Under the pieces are notes generated by a model, which made no database searches, was not told the origin of the DNA, and saw only the letters and a program-made list of their open reading frames with translations. Positions 47,852 through 57,621 of a stretch of 64,000 bases of DNA are shown here, piece by piece (within the stretch, counting starts at the first letter, position 1; the number at the start of each line of letters is the position of its first letter). A program made the position numbers and the translations under genes. This stretch comes from a virus (Duplodnaviria; Caudoviricetes): positions 35,508 through 99,507 of the IMG/VR virus record IMGVR_UViG_3300001528_000699. One strand, given 5' to 3'.

Positions 47852-50800
47852 ATGATTATAGAGAATAAAACGACTGAAAACGGTGACGTGCTACGGATAA
47901 GCACGGACGTACCCGTTCTCGGGCTCGTTCTTCTATCCGGGTTCATGGATGACACGGATGGTGAAACGGGAGACGTGTACTTCATCAAGAAGTTCAGGTA
48001 CTCGAAGGATATCGGGGTAACGTGGAGCGAGTGGCAGGACCTTAATCAAGGTAACATACAGGCCGTTCCCATCAACGAGAAGGAATCGTTTCTTTTCGAG
48101 TACGCTTATCAACAAGAAGGGGAAAACGGTGAACTTTACTTTAACTGGGTTCAGCTAGAAGGGGAGGTTAATCAAGGTGATGATATCATCTACTCGAAAA
48201 CTGATTTCAAGCAATTTTTTGACGTGAACGATATAAACGTTCTCGGTTGGGCGTTTAACGTGCTGGAGAAATTGTACGAGAGAGGGATACTCCCTAAATA
48301 CGTTCAAAGGGATTACACGGAAAATAGCAAGGACTTTATCGATTACTGGTTATCCATAACTCATTTCTTCGCCATTATCGTTTACATGGCTCGTCAATTC
48401 CAAGATATACCGAAGAACAAGATTCTTTTTGATCTTTTCCTTGAAAGTAAGGGTCTGGCTCTATCAGGAGAGGAAACGCAGGTTCAAAGAGAATACCTTT
48501 TCGCCAATTACATAGACGAGTTCAGGAAAAGGGGAACGAAGAATATAACATCAACAGGCGGAACCGTGAACGGTGAGTTCATGAGGTTGATAAATTACAA
48601 GAATGTTGACGAGTTCCTTTTCTTTAATCTCGTTTTCCAGGATCTGGGCTGGTGTTGTGACTTATCATCACCGGCATGGACCGGAACGGAACAGATCGTT
48701 AACGCAATGAAAGCGTACGAGTACGGTGAAGGGGTGAAAGATAAATCAGTTTACCCTCTATCCGGTGATGTTGAAAACATGGATATAATAGAGGAGGATG
48801 GAATAACTTATTTATCCCTTCCCGCAACAGCTGGATTTAACGGTATAGAGGCACCGGCAGAGAAGGAAAAATTGTTAAAAATATCGCCATCACTCTCCTA
48901 CGAGATTTATTTCAAGGTGAAAGCGTCAGGTAACGATTCCGCACCGGACCACATAGTATTCGGGGTTAAGGGGTATAACGAGAGTATCGAGGAGGTTGAT
49001 TTCTATAACGGTCAAACGGGAGAGGTTCTAAATTCCTTCTTTGACAAGGATACCACTCTATCGTTAAAGAAAGTGGGGACGGAATACTGGCTTAGAGGCG
49101 TTATAACGCGAGCTGACACGGTAACCAAGCCAAACATTCACCTTAACTTCGAAAATGGCGTTCCACTAATCTCTGACAGGTCAATCAAGTATTTCACCCC
49201 GGTTATCGGGCAGAGATACTCTGACGGGGATAAAACTATCATGATACGAGATATCAAGGTGAAGCCACTCGACCTACCCATCGAGAGAGGTTATTTCGGC
49301 TCTATCCTTCCCATCGTATCCTACTTCTATAATAACTCGGGGAAAGAAAAAGATTACATCAAGAATTTCACGGAGAAATATCTCTTAGGGTACAAGAACA
49401 ATATAATATTACCGACTTACTTAACAGGCATAGATCTCACGACTTACACCCTAACTGTTGAATGGGTTCCGACTTCAGGTGGTATCGTTACCGGTGGAGG
49501 TACCTACAGGGAAGGGGATATAGCGGTGGTGAGAATAACACCATCGGTTGGTTATCAAATCGGATCAGTTATAATTGACGGGGAACAAAGAACCGTTTCC
49601 AACCAGTACCTTCTATCGATGGACGCGAACAAGGAAGTAAGTGTTGTTTTCACTCAATCCTTGATGAATTTCGTTTCATCAGCTAGAAATGTTTCTTTTA
49701 AAGGTACCGAGTACGAGGGGGATTTATTAATAGATTGGGGTGATGGCGTGACAACGAAGAATCAACTCACGTACTCCTACTCTGATAACCTTCCAACTCA
49801 CGTTATAACTATAAACGAGGGCAACGTGACAGTGTTAAAGGGAGAGGGAAACAAGATATCGGTGGTTAACATCTTTAACATGCCGGGTATAACGAACGTT
49901 GATTTAAGCGATAACGATTTAACATCGATCGATCTTTCCACGTTGACGGGGTTAACGACTTTGAACATGGAGAAAAACAAGCTGGCAACGATTTCATTAA
50001 CGGCAACACCTCTTCTCACCTTCCTTAACGTGGAAGACAATAACCTGGTTTCACTTTCAACCGCCAACCTTCTATCTCTTGAAACGCTGAGAGCGGGGAA
50101 AAACAAGTTAACGTCCCTTAACTTATCATCGAACGTGAATCTCGTTTCGTTAACGGCAGGGAAAAATAACATATCAACGTTGAATCTTGGAACGGCACCT
50201 AAACTGGCGTATGTTGATGTTAACACCAACAAGCTAACCAATTTCATCATACCAACAGCCAACGTATTGTCATTCCTGAACGTTAGCTCGAACAATATGG
50301 TTGATCCTGTTTTTAATGGAAGTAATTACCCGGAATTGACAACATTGTACGTAGACTCGATGCCGGTGATGAAAACCTTGGAAGTAACGAACATGCCTAA
50401 TTTGTTGGCATTTCATTCTAACGAGAATCCGGTTGTAACCGATGCTACAATAACAGGTAACTCGTTCATCATGGCGATAAACATGCAGGATTGCCCGAAT
50501 CTCGTTAACGCTGATTATAGCTACAATCAGAGAACCTCGTCAGTGAACGTGAAAAATGATGTTTCGTTGAGAACACTGAAAACGGATAACACATCTCTAT
50601 CCAGCATAGATCTAACGACGAACGGTTCCTTGACGGTTCTATCTATGAATAACAACAAGTTCACGGAGTTCTCCGCACCGTATTGCACGAGGTTGGAAAA
50701 ATTGAGCATGACGGGTAACGAGTTGACAACGTTAACGTTAACCAACAACACCTTGTTAACAGACATAACAGTGAACGACAATAAACTAGCAACCCTCGAT

Positions 50801-53116
50801 TTATCGGTTCAAAAATCGTTGAGAAACCTGAATTGTTCGAATAACTTGCTGGGCGATGCTTCAAGTTCAACGTTCACGACGAGCGATTACATAACCACGA
50901 TCCTAGCTAGCGATAACAAGTTCACAGAGTTCACCGCTACAGGAAAGAATCTTTTGAAAACGGTTGATCTGTCATCATGCGTCGTCTTGAAAACGGTAAC
51001 GATAACAAGCAACCCTGTTTTTGAAACTCTCGATGTTTCTAATGATGTTTCACTTATCACGCTGGACGGGTACGATAACGCGTTGAAAACGGTTGATATA
51101 TCCTCTAACGTTAAATTAAGATACGTTCGTCTTCAAAATAACCAGATCTCGTCTATTAATTACGATGGTTGCGAGTCGATAGCGAACATGAACCTGTCGA
51201 AGAACCTGTTAACGGCATTTAACCCAAACATCATAGGTGAGTCACTGAAAGGTCTTTACATAAGTGAAAACCAGCTAACAACGCTCGATTTCACATCGAC
51301 AACAAGTCTTCAAATACTGAATTGTGATAATAACTCCTTAACGTCATTGACGTTTAACCCTTCAACCGACACGCCAACGAGCATTGATAACGTGGTGAAC
51401 CGGTTGAGTGAAGCCCCACAGCTAGCTTACGCTCTTAACGGGAACACGACGAAGATGACAAGGTCAACCTTGGCTTTCGATTCTTTCGTGGCGTTGGAGA
51501 ATTACGAGGACGGGTTCATAAAAGGAACTAAAGCGTTAAAGATGACTGATTCTTACGCCACTTTCCCTTCTGAAATGATAGGTGAAGGGGTGGCAGCGGT
51601 TTCCGGTAGTTTCATGATATACCCGCTTGATAACACTTCCTATAACGGTCTTTGCGGTGGCGTTATGTTCGGATCAAATACAGGCGAGTTCGGTTGGGCT
51701 CTCGGTTGGGGTGGTAACGCTTTCGAGAATAAACTGAACATGGATATTTACACGGCCGGTGGTCGTTTAGCATGTCAAGCGATCCAATTATCAACGAATA
51801 AATGGCAACACGTTATGTTCCGCTTGCATTATGTTGCCGATACATCATGGCATGTTGAACTGTACGTGGACGGGGTTAAATACGAGACAACCGGTACCCC
51901 TATCGGAGGTACGGGAGCTCAAACATCCTTATCATTTGCCGGTTTAAGCAAGAATCCTCATAATGGTAATTTCCATTTCGGAAGGGCTTATCAAACAGGT
52001 TGGAAACAGTTTAACGGGTACGCTCAAGACGTGGTTATAACCGATTCTTATTTCTCTGACGATGACGTGAACCTGTTCGATACCTTCTACAAGAACGCGG
52101 GGGTGTCAAGGTTTGGTAGCTTAACGACGGTCGATTGTTCCTATAACCAGTTAACAATGCTTGATGTATCGAAAGCCGATTATATCACCGATTTAAATTG
52201 TTCTCATAACAATATAGGTGTAAATTCGGAATACGATCAATCATCGTTGATATTCGGTAACACGCTACCATCTAACAAGATTCAAAATCTTGACGTAAGT
52301 TTTAACAAGTTGAAGTATCTTGATTTCACGAAAAACACGAATCTGGTTAACGTTACTATAAACGATAACACCTCGTTGAACAAGATAGAATCGATAACGA
52401 CGACTTCAGGCATGAGCTCGGTGAAAAACATGATAGCGTTCAACACGGGGTTGATAAACTTTAAAATATCAACGTATACCGGTTTGAAAAAGCTTGACTT
52501 GCACGATTGCCCATCTTTCACCTCGTTTGTTTCGTTCACTTACACGAACACGCTCGAGTACCTTGATCTGTCGAATTGCGTTTCTTTCACCTCTTCCTCT
52601 GAGTTCATTGATTTGAACAATAACGTGATCGATAATGTTAAGGAATTGTATTTAAAAGGATTGACTCGATTAAACGTGGAATTAAACGTTAGCAAGTTAT
52701 CACTTCTTCAAAGACTTGACACTTCGAATTCAGCTTTCAATTCAATAAAAACGAGAGATACTGATTTGAGCGTGTCCGCGATCAATCTTGAATGGTGGTC
52801 GTCCAAGAACTGCGCTAACTTGAAATCGGCACAACTCATAGACGTGGATAAGCTGAAATACTTGAATTTCGCTAGTTCGGGTATCACCTCTATCGGTGTT
52901 GCATCCAGTAAATCGAAAATATACGAGGAAATTCACGTGGAACACACCCCTATCGTTAAAAATTCTCTCGCTATCTCGTACGTCACTTTCTTCGGTTCGT
53001 TGAACCAAACCACGTCCGGAAAATATTACACTTCTAACGATGATTATTACCTGAAGCAAGAAACGTACAAGAACCAGGTGGAGGAGAAGGGTTGGACTAT
53101 CATATTCGTTGATTAA
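47852..53116 (+). CDS. Baseplate wedge-like protein fused to InlB B-repeat, PKD-like, long LRR and inserted LamG domain
   Basis: FRKRGT wedge-like motif, IDWGDG, many LxxLxxxxNxL repeats, NKWQHV...LYVDG...FNGY. Confidence 0.8.
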   Translation: MIIENKTTENGDVLRISTDVPVLGLVLLSGFMDDTDGETGDVYFIKKFRYSKDIGVTWSEWQDLNQGNIQAVPINEKESFLFEYAYQQEGENGELYFNWVQLEGEVNQGDDIIYSKTDFKQFFDVNDINVLGWAFNVLEKLYERGILPKYVQRDYTENSKDFIDYWLSITHFFAIIVYMARQFQDIPKNKILFDLFLESKGLALSGEETQVQREYLFANYIDEFRKRGTKNITSTGGTVNGEFMRLINYKNVDEFLFFNLVFQDLGWCCDLSSPAWTGTEQIVNAMKAYEYGEGVKDKSVYPLSGDVENMDIIEEDGITYLSLPATAGFNGIEAPAEKEKLLKISPSLSYEIYFKVKASGNDSAPDHIVFGVKGYNESIEEVDFYNGQTGEVLNSFFDKDTTLSLKKVGTEYWLRGVITRADTVTKPNIHLNFENGVPLISDRSIKYFTPVIGQRYSDGDKTIMIRDIKVKPLDLPIERGYFGSILPIVSYFYNNSGKEKDYIKNFTEKYLLGYKNNIILPTYLTGIDLTTYTLTVEWVPTSGGIVTGGGTYREGDIAVVRITPSVGYQIGSVIIDGEQRTVSNQYLLSMDANKEVSVVFTQSLMNFVSSARNVSFKGTEYEGDLLIDWGDGVTTKNQLTYSYSDNLPTHVITINEGNVTVLKGEGNKISVVNIFNMPGITNVDLSDNDLTSIDLSTLTGLTTLNMEKNKLATISLTATPLLTFLNVEDNNLVSLSTANLLSLETLRAGKNKLTSLNLSSNVNLVSLTAGKNNISTLNLGTAPKLAYVDVNTNKLTNFIIPTANVLSFLNVSSNNMVDPVFNGSNYPELTTLYVDSMPVMKTLEVTNMPNLLAFHSNENPVVTDATITGNSFIMAINMQDCPNLVNADYSYNQRTSSVNVKNDVSLRTLKTDNTSLSSIDLTTNGSLTVLSMNNNKFTEFSAPYCTRLEKLSMTGNELTTLTLTNNTLLTDITVNDNKLATLDLSVQKSLRNLNCSNNLLGDASSSTFTTSDYITTILASDNKFTEFTATGKNLLKTVDLSSCVVLKTVTITSNPVFETLDVSNDVSLITLDGYDNALKTVDISSNVKLRYVRLQNNQISSINYDGCESIANMNLSKNLLTAFNPNIIGESLKGLYISENQLTTLDFTSTTSLQILNCDNNSLTSLTFNPSTDTPTSIDNVVNRLSEAPQLAYALNGNTTKMTRSTLAFDSFVALENYEDGFIKGTKALKMTDSYATFPSEMIGEGVAAVSGSFMIYPLDNTSYNGLCGGVMFGSNTGEFGWALGWGGNAFENKLNMDIYTAGGRLACQAIQLSTNKWQHVMFRLHYVADTSWHVELYVDGVKYETTGTPIGGTGAQTSLSFAGLSKNPHNGNFHFGRAYQTGWKQFNGYAQDVVITDSYFSDDDVNLFDTFYKNAGVSRFGSLTTVDCSYNQLTMLDVSKADYITDLNCSHNNIGVNSEYDQSSLIFGNTLPSNKIQNLDVSFNKLKYLDFTKNTNLVNVTINDNTSLNKIESITTTSGMSSVKNMIAFNTGLINFKISTYTGLKKLDLHDCPSFTSFVSFTYTNTLEYLDLSNCVSFTSSSEFIDLNNNVIDNVKELYLKGLTRLNVELNVSKLSLLQRLDTSNSAFNSIKTRDTDLSVSAINLEWWSSKNCANLKSAQLIDVDKLKYLNFASSGITSIGVASSKSKIYEEIHVEHTPIVKNSLAISYVTFFGSLNQTTSGKYYTSNDDYYLKQETYKNQVEEKGWTIIFVD

Positions 53117-53130
53117 AAATTTAAGTAGAT

Positions 53131-53919
53131 ATGAACAAGATAAATTACAATAGGAAAACGTTCCTCTCGAAAGAGGAGCTACAGAGAAGCCAGGATTTTC
53201 TATCTGACCTGGCTTTCTCAAAAACCCTTTTGATGGGTATAACGAAATCGTGGGGTATCGTGTCCGGTAAAAGGGACGCGGCCTCGCAAGAATTAAGGGT
53301 AACGGTTGACACGAATCCCGGTTCCATTAAAATAGCACCCGGTTATCTCGTGGATAGCAACCATAACCTCATCACCGTGCCGGGGATAAACCAGTTACCC
53401 GTACCCGAAACGGGAGAGGCGTACTATGTCATTCTATCCTACAACACGGTGAACTGGGAGGTGGGAACGGTATCAGTTGATGCTAGCGGTAATTTGAATG
53501 GCGTGAATACGGAGTTTCTAGCTGTTTTAAGGGGCCAAGGCACGCAAGCCCCGGTAAATATACGATTCGTCAAAGAAGATGGCTCAGAAACGCTAAATAA
53601 CGGTGTTTACGAGGTGGTGGAAGTTATCAACGACACTTCCGCCGTGATAAACTCTTACAACAGCATAGCGGCAGAGCAAAACTTGAAGATGATCGTGGTG
53701 GGTACGCTACCGATAGGTGTTAACTTCACCCCCGAGCAACTGAACGGGTTGTACACGTACGATAGCTATGATAGAACCAAGTTATTGACCGTTTCCGTTA
53801 GTGGTGGTTTACCCTCCTACACGGAAGATATCGATTTCCCTATCGCCAAGGTGGTGAACAATAACGGGGTTATATCGATAAGCGATCAAGATACTTTAAG
53901 AAAATACTGGACTATTTAA
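53131..53919 (+). CDS. Baseplate/tail structural protein
   Basis: FLSKEEL..SQ; WGIVSG; IKIAPG. Confidence 0.6.
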   Translation: MNKINYNRKTFLSKEELQRSQDFLSDLAFSKTLLMGITKSWGIVSGKRDAASQELRVTVDTNPGSIKIAPGYLVDSNHNLITVPGINQLPVPETGEAYYVILSYNTVNWEVGTVSVDASGNLNGVNTEFLAVLRGQGTQAPVNIRFVKEDGSETLNNGVYEVVEVINDTSAVINSYNSIAAEQNLKMIVVGTLPIGVNFTPEQLNGLYTYDSYDRTKLLTVSVSGGLPSYTEDIDFPIAKVVNNNGVISISDQDTLRKYWTI

Positions 53920-53931
53920 TCTAATATTGGA

Positions 53932-54495
53932 ATGAAACTTTGTTACACGACAAGTTTAAATTCGGGTCAAGGACCTGACAAGCCTAGCGAATCGATAGGC
54001 GGTTACATCTCGAACTTAACCGTTAGAAATGACGAGTTCGATAATCTTTTCGGCGAGATATCCGTTTACGGCGCGTCCAAGGGAAAAACTGAATACAGGG
54101 CGTTGGTTCTCGTTAACGATTCGGGAGAAGACGCTAGCGATGTTTCTCTTTACATGTCAGCTACCGGGGGGATGAATCAAGGGGAGATCCTGATCGCTCC
54201 CGTGGCGATGGGTACTGACAAGGATGGAAGACCGGTAATGGAAAGGGTGGGCGATATCTACTCGAAGCCTTTCGTTGGAGATTTCCAGGTAACTAGCGAG
54301 GATGATAAATTAGATATAGGAATGATTCCCGCTAACGGGTCAGTCGGTTTATGGGTGTGCAGGAAGATAAACAAGGATGCGATCGAAAAAGATTACAGGG
54401 ATGTCGCCCGACCTATACCCACTAAATTATACTGGTTCGAACACGTTCCTAAAGAAAAGGAAGAAACGTGGTCGTTGAACGTTGAATGGAACTAG
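53932..54495 (+). CDS. Tail structural protein
   Basis: SIGGYIS...NLFGEIS...EYRAL. Confidence 0.6.
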   Translation: MKLCYTTSLNSGQGPDKPSESIGGYISNLTVRNDEFDNLFGEISVYGASKGKTEYRALVLVNDSGEDASDVSLYMSATGGMNQGEILIAPVAMGTDKDGRPVMERVGDIYSKPFVGDFQVTSEDDKLDIGMIPANGSVGLWVCRKINKDAIEKDYRDVARPIPTKLYWFEHVPKEKEETWSLNVEWN

Positions 54496-54509
54496 GAAAA
54501 TAACGGGGT

Positions 54510-54758
54510 TCATTTTCTTGATGGACCCCATCTATCTATACATTCAAATAGTTTATCGAAAAAGAAATCAGGTATGAACACCGTGTCTTTCCACTCGAAA
54601 TCTTTTACCATGTAACCCTGTTGATTGTCCGGGTATTCGCTAGAAGTGATACTTTTTCTTTCCTTGTATTCCCAGAATTGAAGTTTTAGGGCTTCCACCT
54701 CGATTTGATCTTCTTCTGTCACGTACGCTTTCCAGCCGTTTATTTTCTCTTCTTTCAT
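54510..54758 (-). CDS. Hypothetical protein (start shortened to MKEEKING)
   Basis: A-rich leader and TATATTTA box at 54784-54791 on minus strand. Confidence 0.6.
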   Translation of the reverse strand: MKEEKINGWKAYVTEEDQIEVEALKLQFWEYKERKSITSSEYPDNQQGYMVKDFEWKDTVFIPDFFFDKLFECIDRWGPSRK

Positions 54759-54809
54759 CGTTTTATCTGATTGATTTATACCGTAAATATACGAAAAATT
54801 ATCGGAATA

Positions 54810-54841
54810 TTTGCTTATTTGATAAATATAGTGTATCTTTA
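54810..54841 (+). promoter_or_regulatory. Promoter of candidate ncRNA
   Basis: TTTG-N20-TATCTTTA. Confidence 0.7.
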
Positions 54842-54845
54842 TCTC

Positions 54846-55209
54846 GTTCTTTATCATGTTGAAGGGTGTACTCGACCCCACACATCCAGGATTGATGATC
54901 CGAAACAACTTGGGGAGACAGTAAGATGACGTGGACATTAAACAAAGACCTGCTCTGACCCACCCCGTGTCAACAGGCAACGCACACTCATATACTTGGG
55001 CTGAGACCTGTCCATTGCTTTGCGGAGGAGTTTTCATCTATATTGTCTGAATCGTATATTGTATTCATCCTCTATTAAAGATGTAATCAATATAGAATAT
55101 GATCTTATTAATATCCTATATAATACAATATATTGATTATCTGTATATTAGGTTGAAGATGGACCTCAACCGTAATGTGCGGAGAAATCGGGGTATACTC
55201 AGAAAGGAA
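54846..55209 (+). ncRNA. Candidate approx. 350-nt multi-stem structured RNA of unknown class
   Basis: Terminal stem 54864-54875 / 55188-55200 plus at least seven nested stems with G-U pairs on the + strand; no ORF on +. Confidence 0.6.
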
Positions 55210-55247
55210 ATATTTAAGGAAATTTCAGAAAAATAATCAGGAAAATA

Positions 55248-55279
55248 TTTGGGTAATAAATAAACAACGTGTATCTTTA
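55248..55279 (+). promoter_or_regulatory. Promoter of DNA-metabolism operon
   Basis: TTTG-N20-TATCTTTA. Confidence 0.75.
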
Positions 55280-55318
55280 TCGTATTGATAATAATTGTTT
55301 TTATTTAATAAACGACTA

Positions 55319-55831
55319 ATGGTTCCGGTATATAAGATAATACAAGTTTATGAGTACATGTACCAGAGAACGTATATGCAACCTGATTACACCGTGGCGA
55401 GAACGGGCAGGAACCTGAAACTTTTATCCAGGTTTCAAAAGATGATACCGATTGATGCGGGAAATGATTTTATCTGGAATTATACTGTTCACGCCTTCTG
55501 GTGTTATGACGGGAAACTTCTGAGAAGGAATATCGAGTTGAATTGGATTTACTGTCAAAGAATGGTGGAGCGGTATCGAAATCGAACGGAAGATCAAATA
55601 TATCGATTGCAGCAATACAAGGAGTCTAAGACAATAAAAAATCCGTTAAAAGAAGGATATGAGTTGAAGCTATCAGAAGAATATCGAAACAAGCAAAGGA
55701 GAAAGTATTGGAACACTCCCCGAGGTTATTTAAATTGTCTTGATTTCGGGGGAATCCTCTATGACAAGGAGAACGCGTTGTGTAAAAATTGTAGGTATAA
55801 AAAACATTGCAATGGTATTGAAAACAAGTAA
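55319..55831 (+). CDS. Hypothetical protein with C-terminal Cys cluster
   Basis: C...CKNCRYKKHC. Confidence 0.7.
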   Translation: MVPVYKIIQVYEYMYQRTYMQPDYTVARTGRNLKLLSRFQKMIPIDAGNDFIWNYTVHAFWCYDGKLLRRNIELNWIYCQRMVERYRNRTEDQIYRLQQYKESKTIKNPLKEGYELKLSEEYRNKQRRKYWNTPRGYLNCLDFGGILYDKENALCKNCRYKKHCNGIENK

Positions 55832-56216
55832 AGGATTCTGTCAAAAATGCGGAAATTATCGGTTTATAGCGAATAAAAAACACGGACTGTGTAATTCATG
55901 CAATAAAGAGAGATTATTCGTTAAAACAGATATAAAACAGCTAAAACGAAGTTCAATCTGTCAGAGAAAAAGAAAATCCACGGGAGAACGCGAATTATTC
56001 TTGGAAATATGGGGTGAGAGACCGCACTACTGCGAGCACTGCGGGTCGTATCTTGGCGATGAACCCAGGGTTCATTTTTTCGCTCACGAAAAAGGAAAAG
56101 GGGCGCATCCCGAAGAGAGATTGAACAAGGATAATGTTCATCTTTGGTGTTTGGAGTGTCATAACGCTCATGATTTTAAATCGAGAGAAGAATTTTTGAA
56201 AAGAAAATTGAAATAA
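55812..56216 (+). CDS. HNH/NinG-like endonuclease
   Basis: CQKC/CNSC Zn finger; CEHC...FAH...NVHLWCLECH. Confidence 0.75.
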   Translation: MVLKTSKGFCQKCGNYRFIANKKHGLCNSCNKERLFVKTDIKQLKRSSICQRKRKSTGERELFLEIWGERPHYCEHCGSYLGDEPRVHFFAHEKGKGAHPEERLNKDNVHLWCLECHNAHDFKSREEFLKRKLK

Positions 56217-56218
56217 AC

Positions 56219-56250
56219 TTTGTTTATTAAGTCAAAAAGGAGTATTTTTA
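56219..56250 (+). promoter_or_regulatory. Promoter (probably leaderless mRNA)
   Basis: TTTG-N20-TATTTTTA, ATG only 4 nt downstream. Confidence 0.6.
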
Positions 56251-56254
56251 CGTC

Positions 56255-56743
56255 ATGAATGAGAAAGCGATTAATGATATGGTGAAGCTTCATGAAGAAG
56301 CGTTCGGAGAGAGGTTCATACAACCCGTTTCGAGAGAGGATGTGAAAACGATCAACCTTCTCGTCGAGGTTATCGGTAAACTCGGTCGGTTTGATTTGGT
56401 TCGAGTTATTGATAGGTATAAAATGATCTCTGACAAGGATTTTCATATCCAATTGGAAAAACTTCTCGCTAGTATGAGAAATGAAGGTCGGGTTGGGTTC
56501 AAGGCGGGCGGAAAGCAAAAAGTGATGACTTTCAACGATTTTGATTCAACGAGAATTATTCTGAGGGAGATTTATTCATGGAATAAAATCGAGGATGAGA
56601 GTGGAAATCCGGCTATATTATTAAACGAAGGAGATTTAGACAGCACTAAGAAACCGGTAATTTTTAATAAGATGTTATCGTACGGTGACGAGGTTTCGCG
56701 TGATGATGATTTTGATTTGATAACCGCTATTAAAAATGGCTAG
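56255..56743 (+). CDS. Hypothetical protein
   Basis: ORF in operon. Confidence 0.7.
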   Translation: MNEKAINDMVKLHEEAFGERFIQPVSREDVKTINLLVEVIGKLGRFDLVRVIDRYKMISDKDFHIQLEKLLASMRNEGRVGFKAGGKQKVMTFNDFDSTRIILREIYSWNKIEDESGNPAILLNEGDLDSTKKPVIFNKMLSYGDEVSRDDDFDLITAIKNG

Positions 56744-56972
56744 TAAAATTATTCTGGGAGGGGTGACGCTCTCCACTTTGAGAGATTGGTTAAACGAAAA
56801 CAAAAAGAAAAACACGGAATCGGGGAAGGATTTCACGATTCACGATGCGAAGGCGTACTGTGCTCGAGGTCGGTTACCCAAGCATATGGGAGGGAATCGG
56901 ATTCAGAGAGTACCTCAAAAAGACGCCCGAATTAAAGTTTATAATTTATTAAAAGAAGATGGCGAAGAGTAG
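56736..56972 (+). CDS. Small basic putative DNA-binding protein
   Basis: FTIHDAKAYCARGRLP helix-turn-helix-like segment. Confidence 0.55.
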   Translation: MASKIILGGVTLSTLRDWLNENKKKNTESGKDFTIHDAKAYCARGRLPKHMGGNRIQRVPQKDARIKVYNLLKEDGEE

Positions 56973-57621
56973 TGTTAAGTACGTTATCGTACAGGATTAT
57001 GAAACTGGGGGTTTACCCAGTAAGGAGAAAAGACCGTTCCTCGACATAGCGTTATGCGAGGTGGCATGCGTTGTCGTGGACATGGAGAAGTTAGAAATTA
57101 TCGATGAGTACCAGGCGTTATTCAAACCCGGTTACAAGGAAGATCTCATTTACGCGCCCGAAGCGTTAGCGGTGAACGGGTTGACGATGGAGATGATGAA
57201 AGAGCAAGGAAAAGACGCGAAAACGATTTACAAGGATTTGAAAGACCTCTACACCAAGTACAAGAATCCGCGTCAGGGAGCGATCGTTTGCGGCCATAAC
57301 TTCACGGGGTTCGATCATCCGTTCACGATCGAACTATTCAATTATTACGGAGATGATGTTTGGAAGTACGTGAAATGGGTCGAGGATACACAGAAACTCG
57401 CCTATTACTCGAACCTTGAGCAACCTGATTATAAGCTGGCGACGTGTTGTTCATTGAACGATATTTCATTGGTTGGTGCTCACCGTGCGATTCATGATAC
57501 GAGATCCAACGCTCAACTTTTTATCTCATACATAAAAAGATTGAGAGGAGAAGGGTGTTCGTCGATGGCGAAAGAGGAAAATAGATTCCGTGAACATTTT
57601 AAATTTCAGATACCGTCATGA
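56959..57621 (+). CDS. DEDDh 3'-5' exonuclease (DnaQ-like)
   Basis: DYETGG, HNFTGFD, HRAIHD. Confidence 0.9.
   Translation: MAKSSVKYVIVQDYETGGLPSKEKRPFLDIALCEVACVVVDMEKLEIIDEYQALFKPGYKEDLIYAPEALAVNGLTMEMMKEQGKDAKTIYKDLKDLYTKYKNPRQGAIVCGHNFTGFDHPFTIELFNYYGDDVWKYVKWVEDTQKLAYYSNLEQPDYKLATCCSLNDISLVGAHRAIHDTRSNAQLFISYIKRLRGEGCSSMAKEENRFREHFKFQIPS

Noticed and set aside
54890-54906. Hammerhead-like core (TTGATGA..GAAAC)
   Set aside because: Lacks the C of CUGAUGA and there is no room for stem II
54759-55037. N-terminal extension of ORF 54510..55037
   Set aside because: Runs antisense through a promoter and the structured element; a better start exists at 54758
54846-55209. Retron msr-msd or tmRNA identity for the structured element
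   Set aside because: No reverse transcriptase in the window; no tRNA-like ends or CCA
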